From an uncultured Bacillota bacterium (GTDB lineage: Bacteria; Bacillota_I; Bacilli_A; ML615J-28; CAG-313): 37,478 nucleotides of DNA. Below are positions 1-8,039 of the stretch, piece after piece (within the stretch, counting starts at the first letter, position 1; each line of letters opens with the position of its first letter). The translations under genes were made by a program, and so were the position numbers. The stretch lies in contig ONHH01000069.1 in NCBI GenBank assembly GCA_900317575.1, forward strand, positions 1 through 37,478, read 5' to 3'. A model generated the notes under the pieces. The model did no database searches. It was not told the origin of the DNA and saw nothing but the letters and a program-made list of their open reading frames with translations.

Positions 1-225
1 AAAACTGATACAGGCTTTAATCTAACAATAAAGAAAAATAATAATAGATTCCATGATAGATATATTGTATTAGATTATAATACTAAATCTGAATCAATTT
101 ATCATTGTGGCGCATCAAGTAAAGATGCAGGTAAAAGAATAACTACAATTACTAAAATAGAAGAAAAAGAATTATATAAATCATTGATTGATGAAATATT
201 AAAAAATGATGATTTAAATATATAA
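1..225 (+). CDS. 3' end of a gene entering from upstream (74 codons plus TAA); hypothetical protein with C-terminal ...FHDRYIVLDY...IYHCGASSKDAGKRITTI... module
   Basis: Frame 1 is open from base 1 to TAA at 223-225. From memory, the HDR...Y-H-x-GAS-x-KD-x-GK pattern resembles the C-terminal module of ORF6N/KilA-N-type DNA-binding proteins. This was not verified. Confidence 0.5.
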   Translation, partial: KTDTGFNLTIKKNNNRFHDRYIVLDYNTKSESIYHCGASSKDAGKRITTITKIEEKELYKSLIDEILKNDDLNI

Positions 226-325
226 AAACTAGTGGTAAACGATTTAATAAGGGTTAGCAAACGATTAGAACCTAGTGACAAATGTTTGGTATCAAAATGG
301 TATACCTTTGCCAAGTTAAAAATAT

Positions 326-370
326 AGTGATACTTTTATATCATTTCAGATATAAAAGTATCACTTTTTA
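326..370 (+). terminator. Rho-independent terminator
   Basis: Stem agtgatacttttatat / atataaaagtatcact around a short loop, followed by a T-run (tttttat). Confidence 0.7.
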
Positions 371-425
371 TATTTATTCATACTTAATTATTTTTATTAT
401 TATTGTGTAATAATTATTATTTATA

Positions 426-434
426 TGTTATAAT
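426..434 (+). promoter_or_regulatory. Extended -10 promoter (TGtTATAAT) for the phosphatase gene
   Basis: tgttataat sits about 40 nt upstream of ATG 474. The SD agagg lies at 463-467. Confidence 0.4.
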
Positions 435-473
435 AAAAAAGAGATAATTAATTTATATAAATAGAGGTTTGAA

Positions 474-1766
474 ATGAAAAGAAGAATAAATATTTTTATT
501 ACATTATTATTTATAATTCTAATTGTATTTACATTTAGTTGTACAAAGAAGAATAAAAGTAAAAATAATAATTTTTCAGTTGATGGACTTAGTGTTAATA
601 AAATTGTAGTAGTAAGTAGACATAATATTCGTTCCCCTTTAAGTGGAGCAGGTTCTCTTCTTGCGGAAGTAACTCCTCATGAATGGTTTAATTGGACATC
701 TAAGCCTAGTGAATTATCTTTAAAAGGAGCTATGCTTGAAGAAAAAATGGGAGTATATTATCGCTCTTATTTAAAGAGTGTTGGTCTATATAATGATGAT
801 GAATCATTTATGAAACATTTACGTATATATACTAACAGCAAAGAAAGAACAATTGAAACTGGAAAACATTTTGCGTATGGACTACTTGAAGGTCATAAAT
901 TTGATATCGAAACTCATGCAGAATATGATACAATGGATCCAATCTTTAATCCTCAATTAACATTTATATCGGATACATACAAGGTTGATGCATTAAAAGA
1001 AATTAAGAATCTTTTTAATAAAGAGATAGCTAATTTAAATTATAATTATAATTTATTAATGGATTTAATTGATTTTAAAGAATCTAATGCTTATAAGAAT
1101 GAAACAATTACTAGTTTTGATCCTAATGATATCGAGATTAATTTAAAATTAAATGCTGAACCATCAATGACTGGTTCATTAAAAACTGCATGTAGTATTA
1201 GTGATGCGTTAGTCTTACAATATTATGAAGAGAGAAATGATTATCAAGCAGCATTCAATAAGAATATTGATTTAGATTATTGGAAAGATATTTCATATAT
1301 TAAAGATTTATATGGTGATGTATTATTTACTGCTCCTCTTATTTCTCATAATGTGGCTAATCCTTTATTAAAAGAAATAAAGAAAGAATTAAATAATGAT
1401 AATTATTTTTCATTCTTATGTGGTCATGATTCAAATATTGGTAGCGTCTTGAGTAGTTTAAATGTTAAACCATACAATCTTGCTAATGCTATTGAAAGTA
1501 AAACTCCAATCGGATGTAAGATAACTATTGTATCTTATATTGATAATGATAATAATGAATATTATGGTATTTATTTAGTATATCAATCAATTGATGAATT
1601 AAGATTTGTAACTGATATAAGCCTTACTAATCCACCAATGATTGTTAAACTTGATTTTAATAATATTAATAAAGATAATAATGGCTTGTATAAAAAGGTA
1701 GATTTTCTTAATTTATTAGATAATAGTATCAATGAATATGACCGTATTGTAAATCAATATAGTTAA
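474..1766 (+). CDS. Lipoprotein histidine acid phosphatase (branch-2 histidine phosphatase, AppA/Agp/phytase-like)
   Basis: Signal peptide plus lipobox (...VFTFSC). RHGxRxP-type motif VVVSRHNIRSPL. Downstream HD motif CGHDSNIGSVL. Good SD upstream. Confidence 0.8.
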   Translation: MKRRINIFITLLFIILIVFTFSCTKKNKSKNNNFSVDGLSVNKIVVVSRHNIRSPLSGAGSLLAEVTPHEWFNWTSKPSELSLKGAMLEEKMGVYYRSYLKSVGLYNDDESFMKHLRIYTNSKERTIETGKHFAYGLLEGHKFDIETHAEYDTMDPIFNPQLTFISDTYKVDALKEIKNLFNKEIANLNYNYNLLMDLIDFKESNAYKNETITSFDPNDIEINLKLNAEPSMTGSLKTACSISDALVLQYYEERNDYQAAFNKNIDLDYWKDISYIKDLYGDVLFTAPLISHNVANPLLKEIKKELNNDNYFSFLCGHDSNIGSVLSSLNVKPYNLANAIESKTPIGCKITIVSYIDNDNNEYYGIYLVYQSIDELRFVTDISLTNPPMIVKLDFNNINKDNNGLYKKVDFLNLLDNSINEYDRIVNQYS

Positions 1767-1862
1767 TTAAAGAAATATATAATAAAATAAATTGAACTAT
1801 AATAAAGATTTTGCTATAATATTTTTATAGCTATGAAAATTTAAATGTAAGGAAGTGTGAAA

Positions 1863-2939
1863 ATGTCTTTTGTTGATTATGTATTAACTAATTATACGAC
1901 ATTCTTTGAAATGATAGGTCTACTCGTTATTCTATTCATTAGTGCTCATATCACTAGAAGAATGAAGAACTATACGCGAATTGCGGTAGCGTTATTATTA
2001 TTTACATCAATTATTTCTTTCTTTGAATCATATACTCAAACATTTGAACACCTATCCCTTTGGCGACCTATCCTTACAGCTACTAAATATACAATGTATC
2101 CATTAATTCTAATGTTTATCGCATTAGTAATGTCACAAGTAAAAGATATTATTCCTAATAAATTAAAAATCATTTTTATGATTCCTGAATTTATCTGTAT
2201 TCCAATCTTCTATACATCACAATGGACACATTTAGTATGTTATTTTACAGAAGGTAATCATTATTTAGGAGGAATGTTTAGTCTCCTTCCATATTTCTTA
2301 TTTGGATTCTATTTTATCTTATTTCTTGTAGTAAATATTATTTATTTAAAAAATTATTCATCACAAGATCGCATAATGGTATTATATATTTCGGTAGGAG
2401 CAATATTAGGTGTAATATTATGTATGATCTTTGATCGTAAAGATGATTATACACCAATCTTTGCTTCTGCATTAATCTTCTATTATCTATTTCTCTATAT
2501 TCATAGAGCAAAAATCGATCCCCTTACAGGTCTTTTCAATCGTCAAAGCTATTATCAAGAAACATTAATTAATGATTTTACTATTGATGCTTTATTATCA
2601 ATTGATATGAATGATTTAAAATATTTCAATGATACATTTGGCCATTGTAAAGGTGATGAAGCTTTAATTACTATCGCCAATATCTTTAGAGAACATAGTG
2701 ATAGTAAAAGAATCTATCGTGTTGGTGGAGATGAATTTGTAATTCTTTATAAAGATAAAACTGAAGAAGAAGTTGTTCAATTAATTGAAAAGATGAAAGA
2801 AGCTTTATCTCATACGGAATATGTATGTGCTTTTGGTTATTCAATGAAAGAAAAGAATATTCATGAAATGGAAAAGCTAGCTGATAAGAGAATGTATGAG
2901 GATAAAGAAACTCTTAAACATTTAGTTAAAGGTAGGTAA
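1863..2939 (+). CDS. Membrane (about 7 TM) diguanylate cyclase, GGDEF domain
   Basis: DPLTGLFNR, DMNDLKYFNDTFGHCKGDE and RVGGDEFVILY (GGDEF at 2724-2738). About 215 aa of hydrophobic N-terminus. ATG 1863 has the better SD spacing (aaggaag at 1849-1855). GTG 1857 is the ORF-track alternative. Confidence 0.85.
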   Translation: MSFVDYVLTNYTTFFEMIGLLVILFISAHITRRMKNYTRIAVALLLFTSIISFFESYTQTFEHLSLWRPILTATKYTMYPLILMFIALVMSQVKDIIPNKLKIIFMIPEFICIPIFYTSQWTHLVCYFTEGNHYLGGMFSLLPYFLFGFYFILFLVVNIIYLKNYSSQDRIMVLYISVGAILGVILCMIFDRKDDYTPIFASALIFYYLFLYIHRAKIDPLTGLFNRQSYYQETLINDFTIDALLSIDMNDLKYFNDTFGHCKGDEALITIANIFREHSDSKRIYRVGGDEFVILYKDKTEEEVVQLIEKMKEALSHTEYVCAFGYSMKEKNIHEMEKLADKRMYEDKETLKHLVKGR

Positions 2940-2952
2940 TTCTAAGATTAAT

Positions 2953-2988
2953 AACTCTAATATCATTAGATATTAGAGTTTTTCTTTT
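2953..2988 (+). terminator. Rho-independent terminator
   Basis: aactctaatatc-atta-gatattagagtt followed by tttctttt. Confidence 0.7.
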
Positions 2989-3034
2989 ATAAACATATAT
3001 ATTATTTGATATAATGATAAAGGGTGTAATAATT

Positions 3035-3544
3035 ATGAATAAAATAATAACTAATCATTTAATTCTTAAATCAATCACTGATCAAGATAAATCAATCCTT
3101 CTTGAAATAATAAATAATGATTTAGTCAAGAAAACATATATGTTACCAGATTTAATAACTAAAGAAGATAATGATAATTATTTTCTAAAATTAAAGAATT
3201 TAACATATAGTAGTCGCTTTGTTTATGGAATCTATTTAAATAAGATGATTATTGGTTTTATCAATGAAGTAGAAAAAGATAATGATTCTATTGAATTAGG
3301 ATATTTTATCAATCCTAAATATTGGAATCATGGCTATGCTACAGAAGCTTTATCATCTTGTATTAAAGAATTATTTAAAAGAGGATATAAAACAGTTTAT
3401 GCTGCTCATTTTGAACACAATCTAGCTAGCGGAAGAGTAATGATTAAGAGTGGTATGAAACAAATAGAAAGGATAGAATATATTGAATATCGAGGTGTAA
3501 ATCATAAATGCATCTATTATTCAATCAATAATAATAATGAATAA
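3035..3544 (+). CDS. GNAT family N-acetyltransferase (RimJ/RimL-like)
   Basis: Size and motifs (IELGYFINPKYWNHGYATEA...) are typical of Acetyltransf_3/GNAT. SD aagggtg lies 8 nt before ATG 3035. The ORF-track start at 3014 lacks an SD. Confidence 0.7.
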   Translation: MNKIITNHLILKSITDQDKSILLEIINNDLVKKTYMLPDLITKEDNDNYFLKLKNLTYSSRFVYGIYLNKMIIGFINEVEKDNDSIELGYFINPKYWNHGYATEALSSCIKELFKRGYKTVYAAHFEHNLASGRVMIKSGMKQIERIEYIEYRGVNHKCIYYSINNNNE

Positions 3545-4241
3545 TAAAAAAATAAATGAAGATTTAATCAATTTTTGGAATAGTGCTCTAATAATTAATG
3601 ATGAAGACAAAAAAGAATATCAAAAGAGAGAATTAGATTATCATAATTTATCTCCAAGTATCAAACAATTTAAAGCATTAGCCAATTTAAAGAAATGTAA
3701 TAATGTATTAGATTATGGATGCGGAACCTGTTGGGCATCGATTATCGCATCAAAGAGTGGCGCAAATAATATTACAGCTGTTGATATGGGTGAAGAAATC
3801 ATCAAGACTGCTAAATTTTATATTGATCTATATCATACAACAAATATTAAACCATTATTAATCAATGAAGATTGGTTAAAAGAAGAAAATGATAATAATT
3901 ATGATGGATTAATCTGTAGTAATGTATTAGATGTAATACCACTAGAAACATCAAAAAAGATTATTAAAGAATTCCATCGGATATTAACTAATGATGCATA
4001 TATCATTATTAGTTTAAATTTCTATATGACAAAAGAGATGCAAGAAAAAAGAAATATTCAATTAGTTGAAGATAAGTATTTATTTGTTAATGATATACTA
4101 AGACTTACAAATTTATCTGATGATGAATGGCTTGATTTATTTAAACCATATTTTGATTTAATCAATCTAGATTATTATGCGTGGCCTAATGAGAGTAAAG
4201 AAACAAGAAGATTATTTATTTTAAAGAAGAGAGTTTATTAG
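3537..4241 (+). CDS. Class I SAM-dependent methyltransferase
   Basis: Motif I VLDYGCGTCW, acidic loop AVDMG, motif ICSNVLDVIP. It overlaps the GNAT gene by 8 nt (ATGAATAA). Confidence 0.7.
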   Translation: MNNKKINEDLINFWNSALIINDEDKKEYQKRELDYHNLSPSIKQFKALANLKKCNNVLDYGCGTCWASIIASKSGANNITAVDMGEEIIKTAKFYIDLYHTTNIKPLLINEDWLKEENDNNYDGLICSNVLDVIPLETSKKIIKEFHRILTNDAYIIISLNFYMTKEMQEKRNIQLVEDKYLFVNDILRLTNLSDDEWLDLFKPYFDLINLDYYAWPNESKETRRLFILKKRVY

Positions 4242-4260
4242 ACAAAACTCTCTTTTTGTT
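4228..4260 (+). terminator. Rho-independent terminator overlapping the methyltransferase stop
   Basis: agagagttt / aaactctct stem with loop attagaca, followed by tttttgtt. Confidence 0.6.
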
Positions 4261-4339
4261 TGATTTTTAAGCAAATAACTCTTTATAAATAGAAGAAAGT
4301 ATTAAAATAGTGTGCTTGACGTTATTATTAGAGGTACAT

Positions 4340-5146
4340 ATGAATTATCATTTTTTCGATTATAAATACAATATCCAAAATTTCCATTCGGATTTATTTT
4401 CCACAACCCATATTATATATATTATTCTTGCGGTAATAAGTGTAATATTACTTGGTTATTTTTTAAGAAATGTAAATCATAAAAAGCTATCAATCTTTTT
4501 AAAAATACTAGCTATCTTTACATTAATTTTTGAAATAACTAAAATATCATGGGAATCATATTATGATATATCTCGAGGAGATGGATTTAATTTTGGAGGA
4601 ATCCTTCCAATATATGCATGTTCACTCTTAATTTATTGTTTAATTGGTGCATCATTTACTAAAGGAATGATCAGAGAAACATGTCTTAGCTGGCTTTCAA
4701 CTATTGGACTAGTATGTGGAATGATTGGTGTAATCTATACGAATGGATTAAATTATTATCCATTCTGGACTTTTGGTGCTTTCTATTCTCTATTCTTCCA
4801 TTATGCATTACTTTTAGTAGGAGTTATTCTATTAACTACTGGATATAAGAAATTAGAATGGAAAGATATATATATTTCTTTAATTCCAATTGTTGCATTA
4901 GCTCTTATCGCAACACCAATTAATTATATTGTTGGTTCAGACTATATGCAAATTCAACGTGGATCTAGTGTACCATTAATGGAAGATTTAGCTAAGTTCT
5001 TAGGAGAACATCATATGCGTCCATTATTTAATATTCTAATGATTGCAGCATATATGATACCTAGCGCTTTAGTAATAAGTATTTATAAATTAGTAATGTA
5101 TTTAAAAGCATATAAGAAGACATCTAACAATTTTAAACAAGCATAG
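4340..5146 (+). CDS. Polytopic membrane protein, YwaF/TIGR02206-like
   Basis: About 7 hydrophobic helices, with ILPIYACSL resembling the LPLHLC motif of the YwaF family. SD gaggt precedes ATG 4340. The family call is tentative. Confidence 0.5.
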   Translation: MNYHFFDYKYNIQNFHSDLFSTTHIIYIILAVISVILLGYFLRNVNHKKLSIFLKILAIFTLIFEITKISWESYYDISRGDGFNFGGILPIYACSLLIYCLIGASFTKGMIRETCLSWLSTIGLVCGMIGVIYTNGLNYYPFWTFGAFYSLFFHYALLLVGVILLTTGYKKLEWKDIYISLIPIVALALIATPINYIVGSDYMQIQRGSSVPLMEDLAKFLGEHHMRPLFNILMIAAYMIPSALVISIYKLVMYLKAYKKTSNNFKQA

Positions 5147-5168
5147 TATACTATGCTTGTTTTTTTTA
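5137..5168 (+). terminator. Rho-independent terminator
   Basis: Perfect palindrome acaagcatagta|tactatgcttgt followed by an 8-T run. It overlaps the TAG stop at 5144-5146. Confidence 0.75.
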
Positions 5169-5188
5169 TAGCAATTTTATAAATAATT

Positions 5189-5197
5189 TGGTATAAT
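5189..5197 (+). promoter_or_regulatory. Extended -10 promoter (TGgTATAAT) for the HD-GYP operon
   Basis: tggtataat sits about 32 nt upstream of ATG 5229. SD gagggtgg. Confidence 0.45.
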
Positions 5198-5228
5198 TTA
5201 TTAGGAATAAAATAGAGAGGGTGGAAAA

Positions 5229-6623
5229 ATGAATATAACTTATGATATATCATTTTCGCTTGCAGCCTTAATTATTACAATTATTGTGCTCGCAACCGTC
5301 ATAATTCATTATTCAACTACTAGTATAGTTAATAAAAGATATAAATTATTTTTAATAGCATCCATTGTATTAATTGCATTAGACATCCTAACTGTTATTA
5401 CAAATGATAATCCAACCTTGATACCTCATCATTTAAATAAGATATTAAATGGTATTTATTTTATTAATGGTGCGCTTGTTGGTTTCTTATTTTTAAGCTA
5501 TTCAGTATCTGTTGCATATCCAAACGAAACGAAAGCAAGGAAAAGAATCTTTTATTTGATCAATAATTCATTATTAGTAATCTTTATTATTTCAATGATT
5601 GTTAATCATTTTGTAGATATCTATTTCTATTATGATGATAATTTAATTTATTCTAAAGGACCACTATATCTTTTAGTTAATTTATTAACCATTGCTTATG
5701 TTATTGAATCAATTATAATCTTTATCATTAGAAGAAAGAACTTTAATAAAAAACAGATTCTGGCGTCTACGACCTTTTATATTTTCTTCTTTATTACTTT
5801 TCTTCTTCAATTATTCGTATTCCCTAAAGTATTATTATCGGATTTTGGTATTTCCCTTGGTTGTTTAATTATTCTATTCTCAATTGAAACACCTGATTAT
5901 GTTAATTTAGTAAAAACTTTAAAAGAATTAGAAGAATTAAAAGCTAGTCTAGAAGAACAAGTTCAAGAACGTACTAATGAACTTGCTAATGAAAAACAAT
6001 CTTATAAAGATTTAACATCCGAAACCTTAACATCACTTGCTCATGTAATTGATGCGAAAGATCATTATACCAATGGTCATTCATTTAGAGTAGCAGCCTA
6101 TGCATGTGCTCTTGCGTCAAGATTAGGATTTGTTAATCAAGATTTGGAGCAATTATATTTTGCGGGACTTGTTCATGATGTTGGTAAGATTGGTATTAGT
6201 GAAACAATTATTAGAAAACCAGCTAAATTATCTGAACAAGAATATGAAATAATTAAATCTCATACTACTTTAGGTGGAGATATCTTAAAAGGAATTAAGA
6301 AATTTAAAATCTTTGAGGATGTCGCAAGATTCCATCATGAGCGTTATGATGGCTTAGGATATCCTAAAAAACTCAAAGGTGAAGAAATTCCATATGTTGC
6401 GCGAATAGTTGCGGTATGTGATTCCTTTGACGCAATGACAAGTGACAGGAGCTATCGTAAAGCTTTAAGTGATGATCAAGCCTTAAAAGAATTATTTGCT
6501 GGAAAAGGAACGCAATTTGATCCATATATTGTTGATGAATTTATTAAACTCTATTATTCATTTGAAGATTCTATTAGAAATCATATCGATGAATTAGTAG
6601 AAAATGTTACAGGAGGTAAATAA
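5229..6623 (+). CDS. Membrane (about 7 TM) HD-GYP domain c-di-GMP phosphodiesterase
   Basis: HYTNGHSFRV, HDVGKIGI (HD at 6174-6179) and HHERYDGLGYP (GYP at 6357-6365). A coiled-coil linker follows about 220 aa of membrane domain. Confidence 0.85.
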   Translation: MNITYDISFSLAALIITIIVLATVIIHYSTTSIVNKRYKLFLIASIVLIALDILTVITNDNPTLIPHHLNKILNGIYFINGALVGFLFLSYSVSVAYPNETKARKRIFYLINNSLLVIFIISMIVNHFVDIYFYYDDNLIYSKGPLYLLVNLLTIAYVIESIIIFIIRRKNFNKKQILASTTFYIFFFITFLLQLFVFPKVLLSDFGISLGCLIILFSIETPDYVNLVKTLKELEELKASLEEQVQERTNELANEKQSYKDLTSETLTSLAHVIDAKDHYTNGHSFRVAAYACALASRLGFVNQDLEQLYFAGLVHDVGKIGISETIIRKPAKLSEQEYEIIKSHTTLGGDILKGIKKFKIFEDVARFHHERYDGLGYPKKLKGEEIPYVARIVAVCDSFDAMTSDRSYRKALSDDQALKELFAGKGTQFDPYIVDEFIKLYYSFEDSIRNHIDELVENVTGGK

Positions 6624-8029
6624 TGAATAAATTTTCTAATTACTTAAAAAAGAAAAAACCTTTATTAAAAGAATTATTAAACACTTTACTTACTAAATAT
6701 GATTTTGTATCAATCTTAGGAACTGATGTTAAATCAACTAATTTCTTAGCTAATAAATCTACATCTTTTATTCGTAATTCTTCATTAACTGAATGTGGAT
6801 TTGTAGTAAGAATTCAACATAATGAATTATTCTATGAATATTCATTCAATGAAATCAATAAAAAGAATATCAATAATCTTGTAAATGATATTGATAATCT
6901 AATTAAGAATGAATTATTTGTAAAAAAGATTCAATCATCAAAATTAGAAGAAGAAAATCTAATTAAAAATTTTAAGCGAAATCAAAAAGGTAAAAACTAT
7001 AATTATGATGAAATTATTAATATCCTAAAGGATGATGTAAAATATGCATTATCATTAGGTGATAATATTCGTAATGTTTCTGTAAGAATTGAATTCAATG
7101 AATATAGTAAGATATATCTATCTAGTAAAAAAGAATTAACTCAATATTATACTTGGATTAATCCTGGTGTTAATATTATGGTTGCAAGAGAAGATAATAT
7201 TAAATATGCCTATGATTTCTTTGGTACTAATGATGCTGATGAGGCTTTTAGTCATTTAAGAGAGATTATTGATTCTACATATAAATTAGCAGTTGAATTA
7301 TTAGATGCTACTCATCCAACCCCTGGTATCTATACGATTATTACTGATCCATCAATTACTGGTCTAATTGCCCATGAAGCCTTTGGTCATGGTCTTGAAA
7401 TGGATCAATTTGTAAAAGATCGTGCTAAAGGGTACGAATATATGAATAAAGATGTATCTAGTAAGATCCTGTCAATGCATGATGGTGCTGCATCAACTAT
7501 CTCGGCTGCTTCCTATTTCTTTGATGATGAAGGAGTACTTGCTCAAGACACAAAGATTATCAATAAAGGTATCTTAGTTGGTGGTATCTGTGATAGTGTA
7601 TCGGCATCAATTCTAAATTATCATCCAACTGGTAATGGTCGTAGAGAATCATATAAACATAAAACATATACAAGAATGACTAATACCTTCTTTGAAAAAG
7701 GAAAATCAACTCTAGATGAAATGATTAAGAGTGTTGATTATGGTTATTATATTGCTACAACCGAAAATGGTATGGAAGATCCTAAAAACTGGGGAATTCA
7801 GTGTACTGCCTTATATGGTAGAGAAATTAAAGATGGTTCCTTTACTGGTAAAATAATTTCACCAGTTGTAATGAGTGGATATGTAATTGACCTACTTATG
7901 TCTATTTCCATGATATCAAAAGATAATTTTACTATTGAAGGTAGTGGATCTTGTGGTAAAGGTTACAAAGAATGGGTTAGAGTAAGCGATGGTGGAGCTA
8001 GCATTAAAGCTAAAGTAAAGATTGGTTAA
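6623..8029 (+). CDS. TldD-like metalloprotease (divergent paralogue)
   Basis: HEAFGHGLE (7373-7390), FFDDEGVLAQDTKIINKGIL and GNGRRESYKHKTYTRMTNTF all match canonical TldD blocks. The start overlaps the HD-GYP stop (TAATG), and aggaggt lies inside the upstream gene. Confidence 0.85.
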   Translation: MNKFSNYLKKKKPLLKELLNTLLTKYDFVSILGTDVKSTNFLANKSTSFIRNSSLTECGFVVRIQHNELFYEYSFNEINKKNINNLVNDIDNLIKNELFVKKIQSSKLEEENLIKNFKRNQKGKNYNYDEIINILKDDVKYALSLGDNIRNVSVRIEFNEYSKIYLSSKKELTQYYTWINPGVNIMVAREDNIKYAYDFFGTNDADEAFSHLREIIDSTYKLAVELLDATHPTPGIYTIITDPSITGLIAHEAFGHGLEMDQFVKDRAKGYEYMNKDVSSKILSMHDGAASTISAASYFFDDEGVLAQDTKIINKGILVGGICDSVSASILNYHPTGNGRRESYKHKTYTRMTNTFFEKGKSTLDEMIKSVDYGYYIATTENGMEDPKNWGIQCTALYGREIKDGSFTGKIISPVVMSGYVIDLLMSISMISKDNFTIEGSGSCGKGYKEWVRVSDGGASIKAKVKIG

Positions 8030-8039
8030 GAGGTGCATG

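Noticed and set aside
102-314. 70-aa minus-strand ORF from the ORF track
   Set aside because: Most of it lies antisense to the clearly coding frame-1 ORF ending at 225. It has no SD, and its low-complexity F/S/I-rich translation is typical of a shadow ORF in AT-rich DNA.
1813-1831. Hairpin gctataa-tattt-ttatagc between the phosphatase and GGDEF genes, considered as a terminator
   Set aside because: The stem is 7 bp and all but one pair A/T, there is no T-tract, and it overlaps the likely -10 (tgctataat at 1812-1820) of the GGDEF gene.
3014-3034. Longer N-terminal extensions in the ORF track: 3014 (also 1857, 4310, 8022, 24920, 34854)
   Set aside because: In each case an internal ATG has a properly spaced SD, and where relevant a normal signal-peptide N-terminus. 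The upstream extensions lack an SD or start with TTG or GTG in promoter sequence.
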